Below, piece after piece: positions 1-8,070 of a DNA stretch of 34,428 nucleotides. Numbering within the stretch: position 1 is the stretch's first letter; every line of letters starts with the position of its first letter. The stretch is from a virus. Taxonomy: Duplodnaviria > Heunggongvirae > Uroviricota > Caudoviricetes. The translations under genes were made by a program, and so were the position numbers. The DNA is taken from the IMG/VR virus record IMGVR_UViG_3300035501_000580; one strand, given 5' to 3'. The notes below the pieces were generated by a model. It made no database searches. It had not been told where the DNA came from and saw only the letters and a list, made by a program, of their open reading frames with translations.

Positions 1-429
1 AGTTACATCCTTTACTCTACCTGTTGACACATTATAATATAGGGCATTGATGGTAAAGTCACGTCTAAATGCATCTGTTTTTAGGGAAGCATACTTAGTG
101 ACAGGGTTTCGACTACCTTTACTGTATTTCTCAGCACGAGTCATCACACATTCAATTTCCTCATCCGGATACTTATAGAACTTAAACATTGCGGTCCCAT
201 AGGTTTCATAGATGACTACAGTATGTGTTAGATTGTTGTCCTTACAATACTGAGCGAATTTAGTTCCTCCTTGTGGGAGATTGATAACTAAATCTATATC
301 TTTTATATCCTTACCCATCACATAATCTCTCACTGAACCACCTACTGCAAATACATGGTTCTCAAACTCTGTACCTTTAATGATTTCAGAGATGTAAGAT
401 GTGATTTCTTTAAATTTTTCTATTTTCAT
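1..429 (-). CDS. cca: tRNA nucleotidyltransferase (CCA-adding enzyme / poly(A) polymerase family), truncated by the window edge
   Basis: Not in ORF track; translated manually from ATG at 429: MKIEKFKEITS...VFAVGGSVRDYVMGKDIKDIDLV...RRDFTINALYYN. GGxVRD, DxD and RRDFTINAL are hallmark class II nucleotidyltransferase motifs. Confidence 0.9.
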   Translation of the reverse strand, partial: MKIEKFKEITSYISEIIKGTEFENHVFAVGGSVRDYVMGKDIKDIDLVINLPQGGTKFAQYCKDNNLTHTVVIYETYGTAMFKFYKYPDEEIECVMTRAEKYSKGSRNPVTKYASLKTDAFRRDFTINALYYNVSTGRVKDVT

Positions 430-443
430 AACAGCAAAAACTA

Positions 444-911
444 TTATTTAAGGAAGTCTTCTTTTTTATAGTCTAATTTTTCAACAGATATTCCAGCTCG
501 TTCCAGAATATCAAGACCATCAGTTATACGGTATTCTTCACAATATACCACACGTTTAATACCTGCTTGGATAATTAGTTTTGAACATTCTATACAAGGA
601 CTGGTGGTAACATATAGAGTAGCACCAACTGATGATTGTGATGACTTAGCCAACTTAGTTATTGCATTGGCCTCTGCATGGAGTACATATGGTTTTGTTA
701 CTCCATTTTCATCTTCACAACAATTTTCAAACCCGGAAGGTGTACCATTATAACCATCACTGATAATCATTTTATCTTTGACAATCAGGGCACCTACCTT
801 ACGACGTTTGGCATATGAATTTTCTGACCAAACATAAGCCATAGTCATGTATTTTTGGTCAAGGAGTTCTTCTTTTTTAGTTTTTTGTCTTATGGTGAAT
901 TCTTGTTTCAT
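444..911 (-). CDS. cd: dCMP deaminase
   Basis: HAE and SPCxxC zinc motifs, GYNG motif; 155 aa. Confidence 0.93.
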   Translation of the reverse strand: MKQEFTIRQKTKKEELLDQKYMTMAYVWSENSYAKRRKVGALIVKDKMIISDGYNGTPSGFENCCEDENGVTKPYVLHAEANAITKLAKSSQSSVGATLYVTTSPCIECSKLIIQAGIKRVVYCEEYRITDGLDILERAGISVEKLDYKKEDFLK

Positions 912-926
912 TTATTTATTTTTTAA

Positions 927-967
927 TTACAATACAAAGTTACAAGATTTTTTTGAAACTACCAAAT
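927..967 (-). promoter_or_regulatory. Bacteroidota sigma-A-type promoter, 41-bp repeat copy 1
   Basis: TTTG-N20-TAACTTTG, upstream of the dCMP deaminase. Confidence 0.8.
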
Positions 968-1010
968 TTTTTTGTTCATTTTTTAAGTATGTTCAAAAAT
1001 AATGAACATT

Positions 1011-1044
1011 AAAGGATCATTGAACATAAATCCAATGATCCTTT
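1011..1044 (-). terminator. intrinsic terminator hairpin
   Basis: AAAGGATCATTG / CAATGATCCTTT, 12-bp stem. Confidence 0.7.
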
Positions 1045-1050
1045 TCACTA

Positions 1051-1335
1051 TTATTCTTCGATTTTTAGTAGTCCTCGTTTCACTAAGCTTCTTTCAAAAC
1101 TCTCCCATAGGTCATCAAATTTATCAACAGGAATTTCGATACCTTGGTCAAGTAATGTCACATAAAGAACACCTTTTGGAGTTAAGTCATATATTGTTTC
1201 CTCATACTCAGGACAATCATGTTCCGCAGTTTCAAGTTCACTACCATATAGGTTAATGTTATATAACTTACCTGATGTTAGACCACACTTTGCACCATCA
1301 TAGTGGTTACAAGTGAAACAAACTGATTTATTCAT
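1051..1335 (-). CDS. hypothetical Cys-rich protein (start revised to MNKSVCFTC, 94 aa)
   Basis: 8-nt overlap with ligase stop; CFTC..C..C motif; ends TAA TAG TGA. Confidence 0.65.
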   Translation of the reverse strand: MNKSVCFTCNHYDGAKCGLTSGKLYNINLYGSELETAEHDCPEYEETIYDLTPKGVLYVTLLDQGIEIPVDKFDDLWESFERSLVKRGLLKIEE

Positions 1336-2716
1336 TGTTTTGTTCTCCTTCATAGTTGGTTTCAGTAATTTCAATGTCAACTTCACCAGCGTCAATTTGT
1401 TTAGCTTCCGCAAATTTGAACGCATCACATTTCAGTTTCCAAGCTTCCTTTATGGGATCCTTGTATTTTCTGATTACGAAACCTTCTCGTGGAACTTTAT
1501 TATTACATAGTTCCTCATTTTCCTCCATGTGGAATCTCTTTTCGGTTTTTAGAGCTTCCAGAACATTTTCATGCCAATGTTCATCAATAGGAATTTCAGG
1601 ATAGAGGTCATACAAAGTTCCATGATACATCAACGGGAAATCAATAAGTTCATCACCAAGAGTTTGTTTCAGTAATCGACCAAAGGCAATTACATCTTCA
1701 ATTTCAAGTTCAGCATCACAGAAGGTCACACGATAAATCATAAGTTTAGACTGACCTTGAACACAACCATAGTCATAACCTTTTTGAATAGATGAACCTT
1801 TGGGTGTAAAACCTACGATTTCACCATAGATACAGTAGTTATCAGGAATAAGGGTTTCAAGTTTCTTAGCCCAGTAACCCCAAATATCATCAGAATAGTA
1901 ACCAAGACCTTGATTCTTATTGATGTACTGGTTTTTAATTACCGTACGAGACGAATAAACCAGATTGTACTTTTGGTCATATTCAGATTCAGCATGGGTA
2001 ATATAACGACGCCACAAACGTTTGAAGATATTTGTTGGTACATTAGTCAAAATTCTACCCGCACAGATACTTGTTCCATGAATCTTAGTTGAAATATCCA
2101 CAACATCATCAGGATTAAATTCTCCAATGTGTTTGTTTAACTGACCTGTGTCATAGTGGAAACGGAAACTACCCTCAATCAACATTTTGAATCTTTTGAG
2201 TTTGTCATTTCGTTTTTCGTTTCGTGACCGACCATCATTTCTAACAGCTTTTGTGGGTGGGATATACACTTTCACAAATCTCTCACCATTAATTTCATCA
2301 AAGTCCTCACCAATATGTTTGTTAAGGAACTCTTTGATTTCTTCAACAGGTTCATTCAAGAAAGTGGCAAAGTTCTGAGGTGAAAGAATGATACCATAAG
2401 AAGGTACACCACCAAGTCTGATACAACGGATACGACCATAGTGATTGATGTAACCTCTGTGAAGTTTGTCGGCATTTAGTTCTCGTTCATCATACATTGA
2501 ATTTAGATGAAGGAAAAGTTCATGAAGGACAGTTTCATTAGCACAGTAAACGGCCACATCACCAGTCTTAAATTCATCTTTACCAATCACAATAGAAAGA
2601 CCATTAACCAAAGTTTGAACAATACGGTCTTTTCCGGGAATAGGGGAAGTTTCTCCAATCTGTACAATGGTAGCACAGTATTCTTCCTTAAAATTTTTCG
2701 ACTTTGAAATATTCAT
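1328..2716 (-). CDS. RNA ligase, DRB0094/Rnl2-like with N-terminal OB-like domain
   Basis: Nucleotidyltransferase motifs KIHGTS (I), YGEIVG (III), EGFVIR (IV), KLK (V); N-terminal ATIVQI...PIPGKDRI. Confidence 0.85.
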   Translation of the reverse strand: MNISKSKNFKEEYCATIVQIGETSPIPGKDRIVQTLVNGLSIVIGKDEFKTGDVAVYCANETVLHELFLHLNSMYDERELNADKLHRGYINHYGRIRCIRLGGVPSYGIILSPQNFATFLNEPVEEIKEFLNKHIGEDFDEINGERFVKVYIPPTKAVRNDGRSRNEKRNDKLKRFKMLIEGSFRFHYDTGQLNKHIGEFNPDDVVDISTKIHGTSICAGRILTNVPTNIFKRLWRRYITHAESEYDQKYNLVYSSRTVIKNQYINKNQGLGYYSDDIWGYWAKKLETLIPDNYCIYGEIVGFTPKGSSIQKGYDYGCVQGQSKLMIYRVTFCDAELEIEDVIAFGRLLKQTLGDELIDFPLMYHGTLYDLYPEIPIDEHWHENVLEALKTEKRFHMEENEELCNNKVPREGFVIRKYKDPIKEAWKLKCDAFKFAEAKQIDAGEVDIEITETNYEGEQNNE

Positions 2717-2756
2717 CTCTATATATCTTTAATTAATTTCTAACTATTTACTACCT

Positions 2757-2769
2757 TAAAGATAACAAA
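2757..2769 (-). promoter_or_regulatory. middle-class motif TTTGTTATCTTTA (RNA ligase)
   Basis: Recurrent 13-mer upstream of ATG. Confidence 0.7.
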
Positions 2770-2949
2770 TTATTTCTTCGATTTCCTCAAAAAATTGTAA
2801 ATAATATCAAATAGTAAGCCAACAAAAGCTAATGGGATAAAATAATACAATGGGAGGAAAATCAACCACCATGACCAAGTAATGATTTCGAGTAGATACA
2901 AACTTACAAAAATCATTACTAAGAGGATAGATATATTACTAAATAGCAT
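2770..2949 (-). CDS. small membrane protein, TWSWW family (start revised to MLFSN)
   Basis: Hydrophobic helices; ITWSWWLIFLPL motif shared with 10482..10721; ORF-track extension overlaps 2987..3145. Confidence 0.6.
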   Translation of the reverse strand: MLFSNISILLVMIFVSLYLLEIITWSWWLIFLPLYYFIPLAFVGLLFDIIYNFLRKSKK

Positions 2950-2986
2950 ACCCAGTCCAAAAATTCCACAAAAGAAAGGGAATTTT

Positions 2987-3145
2987 TTACTTAATTGATA
3001 TTCTTTCAGATTCTTCATCATTTTCAATATCTACATTTATATAATTAACTGACCTGACTATTTGACAATAAACATCAACCTTATTACCATTTACAGTAAT
3101 CATAAAATTATCAGGTCTTATTTCAACTCTATCAGAATCATTCAT
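2987..3145 (-). CDS. hypothetical protein, 52 aa (MNDSDRVEIRPDNF...)
   Basis: Manual translation; ATGA overlap with upstream gene; fills the gap. Confidence 0.55.
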   Translation of the reverse strand: MNDSDRVEIRPDNFMITVNGNKVDVYCQIVRSVNYINVDIENDEESERISIK

Positions 3146-3255
3146 TTCTTCTTTACATAAAATGGACAGTCACCAAAGTTATCCGGGTCATCATAACATT
3201 TCCAAGTATATTTACAACTAGATGCTAACTTACAGGTAAAACAATTATTTTTCAT
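3142..3255 (-). CDS. small Cys-rich protein, 37 aa (MKNNCFTCKLASSCKYTWKCYDDPDNFGDCPFYVKKK)
   Basis: Manual translation; overlaps both neighbours; 5 Cys. Confidence 0.55.
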   Translation of the reverse strand: MKNNCFTCKLASSCKYTWKCYDDPDNFGDCPFYVKKK

Positions 3256-3532
3256 CTTTTTCAAAAAAATCCACTATTTTCTTGAATGTGTGGTAGTTGT
3301 CCTCATCAATAATAATTTCATCAAAATCACCATATCGACATTTCCAACCAAAGATATATTTCAAACCAATTTTTAGTCTTTCAAAAAAACCACCAGTTTG
3401 AAGATGTGGTTCGATATATACATTTTTACCCCAGTTCTCATCACCTTCATCATATCTTACAATATATAAATGGTCAGCTGAGTTACATGAACATAGTATC
3501 AAATCCGGTTTAATTTCATCTTTCATTTTCAT
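3245..3532 (-). CDS. hypothetical protein (start uncertain: 3526, 3532 or 3550)
   Basis: ORF track; tight operon packing. Confidence 0.65.
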   Translation of the reverse strand: MKMKDEIKPDLILCSCNSADHLYIVRYDEGDENWGKNVYIEPHLQTGGFFERLKIGLKYIFGWKCRYGDFDEIIIDEDNYHTFKKIVDFFEKDEK

Positions 3533-4145
3533 CTCCTTTTTGTTTTTCACTAAATATGTTCATCAGTTCACGATAAGAAATAGGTTTATATCCATTTTGG
3601 TCAACACCTACATCATATTGTGTACTTCTAATTTTTTGGTTTAGTTCACAATCAAGACCATGACAAAGACCATCAGATAATGTGTGAATATGACCGAACA
3701 CTTGATAATTGGAGGGATAAGATAACATAGGATAATGACAAGCCATAATTGAGTTATCTTCAACATCAATCTCCATTATATCCATTACAGACATTAGTTT
3801 TGGTGTCTGTATTATATCACCTAACTTAGCAAAATAACCCACAGGTTTTGATGTTAGTTCAATTCTATCATGGTTTCCACGTAGTAGATATATTTTACCG
3901 TTAAGTTTAGACATATACTTCATGTATTCGGTTGTTCCATAATGACTCGGTAACATGAAATCACCACAGTGAATAACAATACCATCAGAAGGAACCACAC
4001 TATTCCAGTTCTCAATCAAACTTTTATCCATGTTTGACCGAGAAGTAAAAGGTCTATTACAATACTTACTAATATTGAAATGACCAAAATGTGTATCTGA
4101 CGTAAAAAATAGTTTGTCAGGTTCTGTGATTTCTAACTTAAACAT
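3516..4145 (-). CDS. calcineurin-like metallophosphoesterase
   Basis: SDTHFGH, GDF, GNHD, HYP, GHIH motifs. Confidence 0.9.
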   Translation of the reverse strand: MFKLEITEPDKLFFTSDTHFGHFNISKYCNRPFTSRSNMDKSLIENWNSVVPSDGIVIHCGDFMLPSHYGTTEYMKYMSKLNGKIYLLRGNHDRIELTSKPVGYFAKLGDIIQTPKLMSVMDIMEIDVEDNSIMACHYPMLSYPSNYQVFGHIHTLSDGLCHGLDCELNQKIRSTQYDVGVDQNGYKPISYRELMNIFSEKQKGDENER

Positions 4146-4147
4146 AT

Positions 4148-4615
4148 TTACATATATAAAACAGTGTGAACATTTTCGTTCTCAAATTTATGTTTTAGAC
4201 TTTCTTTATATAGTCCATATTGAATTTGAATGACATCATAAGGAACATCAGAACGATTAACATTATTCTTTATGTCATTACGAATTCTTTCGTATGAAAC
4301 TTTTACATCAGCAGGTAAAACAACATATGTAATTTCAACATCTTTATTTCCTTTGAATTTATCTACAAATGACTTTCTGTATTTTGTGTTTACATTTGTA
4401 GCATCATAAAAGAAATCAACATTGTTTTTTACACAATCTTCTACACGTTGATTTACAATTTCAAATACTTCTTTATTTTTACTTTGATTAGATATGTCAT
4501 TTGTTAATTCATATCTAATTAGGTCAGGTGAGATTATAGTCATGTTACTATATTCATCTTTGTACAATTTTGATTTACCTGAACCTGAAATTCCTATGGG
4601 AACAATTATTTTCAT
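4148..4615 (-). CDS. P-loop kinase, polynucleotide-kinase-like (AAA_33 type; start revised to MKIIVPIG)
   Basis: GISGSGKS Walker A, ISPDLIR, DATN, R..R lid (RIRND..NR). Confidence 0.8.
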   Translation of the reverse strand: MKIIVPIGISGSGKSKLYKDEYSNMTIISPDLIRYELTNDISNQSKNKEVFEIVNQRVEDCVKNNVDFFYDATNVNTKYRKSFVDKFKGNKDVEITYVVLPADVKVSYERIRNDIKNNVNRSDVPYDVIQIQYGLYKESLKHKFENENVHTVLYM

Positions 4616-4656
4616 TTTAATTTCACATATATAATTATAGAGAGTATCCTCTTTTA

Positions 4657-4669
4657 TAAATGTAACAAA
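4657..4669 (-). promoter_or_regulatory. middle-class motif TTTGTTACATTTA (kinase operon)
   Basis: Recurrent 13-mer. Confidence 0.65.
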
Positions 4670-4676
4670 AAAATTC

Positions 4677-4684
4677 CATAAATA
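4677..4684 (+). promoter_or_regulatory. late promoter CATAAATA
   Basis: One mismatch from T4 late TATAAATA; 30 nt before 4715. Confidence 0.7.
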
Positions 4685-4714
4685 TACTATAATCAATAAA
4701 AACTTAGATTAAAG

Positions 4715-5977
4715 ATGATTAAAAAATTCTCAGAGTTTATTAATGAAGCTCAATCACCAATCGTTTCCACTGAATCCGGTCTATATGGAGACATTTTGTT
4801 TGAATCAATTTCAAAAGATGTAGTTGATTCATTGACAGAAAGTATCAATGAAGGTCGTATTACTCTGGAAGATAATTTACTTAATGAAGGTTTTTTGACT
4901 AACTTATTCAAAATTGGTGCAGGTAAGGCTAAGGAAGCAGAAGATGTGGCCAAAGAAAATAAAGAACAATTCAAGAATCTATCAAGTGTCGCTCAATCTG
5001 CTGGTGACTTGATTAAACTTGGTCTTTCAATTAAGAAGGAAGAAGTTGAAGAAGATGTTTGGAAACTCATCAGTGACCTTTGTGATTCCGCCGCTAAGAT
5101 GTGTGAAAAAATCAATGAAAAAGAAGATGAATTGAACCAAGCTATTACTAAGAAATTCAATGATTCTAAACAAGCTATTGCAGAGTTCGCTGGAAAGGCA
5201 AAAGATACCTTTGTAAAAATCGCTGAAAAATCTAAAAACGCGGTTAAAGATACTCTCAATGCTATGGCCATTCTTCTTAGTAAAATCGCCTCTATTTCAG
5301 TAGAAGCCTTAAAGAAAGCTGGTAAGTTCTCCATTATCACAATTTCACTTCCTATCGTTTTGACAATGGCTGTTTACCGTTCAGCTAAGAAAGTTGTTAC
5401 CAAACTATGTGAAAAAGTTAAAGACATTTGGGAAGATGTTCAAACCACTCTTGAATTGACCGCTAAGTATCTACAAGAATGGATTAAGACACAAATCAAT
5501 GCAATCAAAGACAAACTTAAAGAATGGAATGACAAAGCCAAGGAAGAAGGTGAAAAAGCTGTTAAGGCTGTCGCAAAGGCTTATCTCTATGTTGTTAATG
5601 TTTGTGGTCTCGCCATTGATAAAGTAAAAGGAGATGTAAAGGATGCCTATGTTGCATTTGTTGACAGTGCCAAGGAATATGGTACACAAGTAAAGGATTA
5701 TATTTCAGACAGAGCTAACAAAATCACAACATGGACAAAAGAAAAGTCTGGTGAATTTGCAGATGCTGTTAAAGATGTATGGAATACTTTCAAGGATAAA
5801 GTAACCGCCGCAGTTCAGTCAACAGAAGATTTCGCCGTTAGAATGAAAGACTACGCTGGTGAAAAAGTTGATGATGTAGAAAAATGGGGAGACTCAAAGA
5901 AAAAGAGTTTCGCTAAAACCATCGTCGCTTGGGCTGTTAAGAACTGGGGTGAAGATGAAATTAAGAGTTGGGTGTAA
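4715..5977 (+). CDS. putative internal virion protein, long amphipathic alpha-helical, with capsid-targeting-like N-terminus
   Basis: MIKKFSEFINE resembles T4 internal-protein CTS (MKTYQEFIAE); late motif upstream; Lys/Ala/Glu-rich helical body. Confidence 0.6.
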   Translation: MIKKFSEFINEAQSPIVSTESGLYGDILFESISKDVVDSLTESINEGRITLEDNLLNEGFLTNLFKIGAGKAKEAEDVAKENKEQFKNLSSVAQSAGDLIKLGLSIKKEEVEEDVWKLISDLCDSAAKMCEKINEKEDELNQAITKKFNDSKQAIAEFAGKAKDTFVKIAEKSKNAVKDTLNAMAILLSKIASISVEALKKAGKFSIITISLPIVLTMAVYRSAKKVVTKLCEKVKDIWEDVQTTLELTAKYLQEWIKTQINAIKDKLKEWNDKAKEEGEKAVKAVAKAYLYVVNVCGLAIDKVKGDVKDAYVAFVDSAKEYGTQVKDYISDRANKITTWTKEKSGEFADAVKDVWNTFKDKVTAAVQSTEDFAVRMKDYAGEKVDDVEKWGDSKKKSFAKTIVAWAVKNWGEDEIKSWV

Positions 5978-6002
5978 AAACCAACCATTTATTCATATCT
6001 TC

Positions 6003-6029
6003 AAAGGGAGGGTCATAAACCCTCCCTTT
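6003..6029. terminator. bidirectional terminator
   Basis: AAAGGGAGGG / CCCTCCCTTT between convergent genes. Confidence 0.8.
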
Positions 6030-6031
6030 CT

Positions 6032-6241
6032 TTATTTGTTTTTACTTTCTTGGATTTTTTTCAGGTTCTCTTTGTATGAATCTTTCCACATCTTCCAACC
6101 AACAACCGGAAGTGAGAGGAAAAGACCGATTTTTTTGAAAAGAACACATACATCTACATATGTATTATAGATGATGTTTGTAACTGTTGAACCGAAGATT
6201 TGATTCAGATAGTTGAAAATTTGAATTTCTTTCTGTGTCAT
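6032..6241 (-). CDS. hypothetical early protein, 69 aa
   Basis: Between a host-type promoter repeat (6270-6310) and a terminator (6003-6029). Confidence 0.65.
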   Translation of the reverse strand: MTQKEIQIFNYLNQIFGSTVTNIIYNTYVDVCVLFKKIGLFLSLPVVGWKMWKDSYKENLKKIQESKNK

Positions 6242-6269
6242 AATTTTTTGTATTTAGTTTGTTTTTTAT

Positions 6270-6310
6270 TTACACTACAAAGATACAGGATTTTTTTGAA
6301 ACTACCAAAT
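6270..6310 (-). promoter_or_regulatory. Bacteroidota sigma-A-type promoter, copy 2
   Basis: TTTG-N20-TATCTTTG, upstream of 6241. Confidence 0.8.
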
Positions 6311-6315
6311 TTTTC

Positions 6316-6323
6316 CATAAATA
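6316..6323 (+). promoter_or_regulatory. late promoter CATAAATA
   Basis: 22 nt before 6346. Confidence 0.7.
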
Positions 6324-6345
6324 TTTCTATATAAAAGTATTAAAA

Positions 6346-7134
6346 ATGGCAAAAAAGATTTGGACATGGATAATTAACCATAGGGATATTGTTTATATCG
6401 GACTTATTGTCATAGGTTTTTTGTTTTTCCTCAATCAATGTAATAGTAGTAGTAACTTGAATAGTGAGGTAAATCGACTACAAAACAACATCTCCGCTCT
6501 TACTGACACATTAACACAATACAAAGATGAGAATGGTAAAATTATCGCTGAGAAACATGCCTATCAATTAACTCAACAGGAATTGAGAGATAGTGTTGAC
6601 CTTTTGAAAACTAAAAATAGAGAATACTTGACTTATATAAATGCAACAGTAGGTATTAGAGACACACTTGAAATACCAACATACATTGAAAGAATTGTAG
6701 ATAACACAACAACATATACAGACGCTGGAACAATCAAATTAAACCAGTCTGATACTTTTGGTAAATCAAGTAGAAATCTTTCATTAGAGATACCTTACAC
6801 ATTCGACACACAACTTAATACAGGTAATGCGAATGTTAATTTATCTCAGAATATATATGTTGAGAGTATGATAGAAAGAGATACTAAAACAGGTGAAACA
6901 TATGTAAGATTAACTTCCGACTATCCCAACATGACATTTAATTCAGGGATGGGAGTTGTGGTTACTAATGCCAATGCTTATGATAAATCACTTAGAAAGA
7001 CAAAAGGTATTGGTATTGGTATTGGTCCGAGTGTTGGTGTGTCATATGATATTATAAATCAAAAAATAGTTCCTACGGTGGGTGTTAGTGTTACACTTGG
7101 TTTCACATACACACCAAAATGGGCACAATGGTAA
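6346..7134 (+). CDS. membrane-anchored coiled-coil protein with C-terminal Gly-rich beta segment; spanin-like candidate (start revised to MAKK)
   Basis: N-terminal TM (IVYIGLIVIGFLFFL), coiled coil, C-terminal GIGIGIGPSVGVSY...VGVSVTLGFTY; late motif upstream. Confidence 0.55.
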   Translation: MAKKIWTWIINHRDIVYIGLIVIGFLFFLNQCNSSSNLNSEVNRLQNNISALTDTLTQYKDENGKIIAEKHAYQLTQQELRDSVDLLKTKNREYLTYINATVGIRDTLEIPTYIERIVDNTTTYTDAGTIKLNQSDTFGKSSRNLSLEIPYTFDTQLNTGNANVNLSQNIYVESMIERDTKTGETYVRLTSDYPNMTFNSGMGVVVTNANAYDKSLRKTKGIGIGIGPSVGVSYDIINQKIVPTVGVSVTLGFTYTPKWAQW

Positions 7135-7140
7135 AAAGAT

Positions 7141-7169
7141 AAAGGTTGAGGAAAAAATCCCCAACCTTT
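7141..7169. terminator. bidirectional terminator (AAGGTTG family)
   Basis: AAAGGTTG...CAACCTTT, flanked by A/T tracts. Confidence 0.75.
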
Positions 7170-7170
7170 T

Positions 7171-7335
7171 TTAATTTATTTTCTTATTGTCAAACAGTCC
7201 AAAAACAATAGGTAACAACCAGAACACACCAAAGAAAAACACTCCCACAAGGTGCCAATATGAAATCTGATGTCGTTGAATTACCTTCAAACCGACAATA
7301 AGTAAAACAATACTCGATAAAATTTCTAAAATCAT
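7171..7335 (-). CDS. small two-TM membrane protein, 54 aa (MILEILSSIVLLIVG...)
   Basis: Manual translation; ATGA overlap with clpP stop; ends at terminator. Confidence 0.6.
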   Translation of the reverse strand: MILEILSSIVLLIVGLKVIQRHQISYWHLVGVFFFGVFWLLPIVFGLFDNKKIN

Positions 7336-7994
7336 TTCTTCGTTTTAATCACTTCATCAATCAAACCATATTCTTTGGCTTCTTTTGCAATCATCCAGTT
7401 ATCACGTTCACAATCTTGGAGGACTTTTTCAAGAGGTTGTCCGGAATTATCAGCCAAGATACCACATAGTTCCTCTTTCAAAATCATAATTTGTTTATAC
7501 TCGATTTCAATATCAGTAGCCTGACCACTTGCTCCACCAAGAGGTTGATGTATCATTACTCGTGAGTGTGGTAGAGCAAATCGTTTTCCCTTTTCTCCAC
7601 ATGAAAGAATAACAGCTCCCATAGACGCGGCCATACCCACACAAGTAGTTGTAATTTCAGATGAGATATAATTCATAGTGTCAATGATAGCCAATCCATC
7701 ATAACAAACACCTCCGGGTGAATTTACAAGGATAGTAATATCATCATTGGATACACTATCAAGATAAAGTAACTGGGCATTTATAATATTAGCAACATCT
7801 GAATCAATACCTGTACCAAGGAAAATCTGTCGTTCCATCATCAATCGACTAAATACATCCATTGAAGTCACATCTAAATCTCGTTCTTCCAACACATAAG
7901 GATTTAGATAACCACGAGCATACCTTTGATAACCATTAAGTTTTGAACTTGAAATGTTCATTTTGCACTGAGCAAACTTTTCAAAATCTGTCAT
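7332..7994 (-). CDS. clpP: ATP-dependent Clp protease proteolytic subunit
   Basis: DVFSRL, NSPGG, AASMG (Ser), HQPLGG (His), ERDNWM (Asp): catalytic triad intact. Confidence 0.96.
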   Translation of the reverse strand: MTDFEKFAQCKMNISSSKLNGYQRYARGYLNPYVLEERDLDVTSMDVFSRLMMERQIFLGTGIDSDVANIINAQLLYLDSVSNDDITILVNSPGGVCYDGLAIIDTMNYISSEITTTCVGMAASMGAVILSCGEKGKRFALPHSRVMIHQPLGGASGQATDIEIEYKQIMILKEELCGILADNSGQPLEKVLQDCERDNWMIAKEAKEYGLIDEVIKTKK

Positions 7995-8023
7995 AGTGTT
8001 ATATATATTAAAAAATTACATTA

Positions 8024-8036
8024 TAAAGATAACAAA
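8024..8036 (-). promoter_or_regulatory. middle-class motif TTTGTTATCTTTA (clpP)
   Basis: Recurrent 13-mer. Confidence 0.7.
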
Positions 8037-8038
8037 AA

Positions 8039-8063
8039 GGAGAACGAAAAGGTATCGTTCTCC
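8039..8063 (-). terminator. intrinsic terminator
   Basis: GGAGAACGA / TCGTTCTCC, U-tract on minus strand. Confidence 0.75.
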
Positions 8064-8070
8064 AATTATT

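Noticed and set aside
1002-2707. Plus-strand ORFs opposite the RNA ligase region
   Set aside because: Antisense shadows with no late motif upstream
4750-5689. Antisense ORFs 4750..4974, 4993..5340, 5471..5689
   Set aside because: Shadows of the biased-codon 420-aa gene; no promoter motif or start context
6259-6345. ORF-track N-terminal extensions (6259, 4696, 1428, 3027)
   Set aside because: They run through promoter motifs or other genes; downstream ATGs fit promoter spacing or overlaps better
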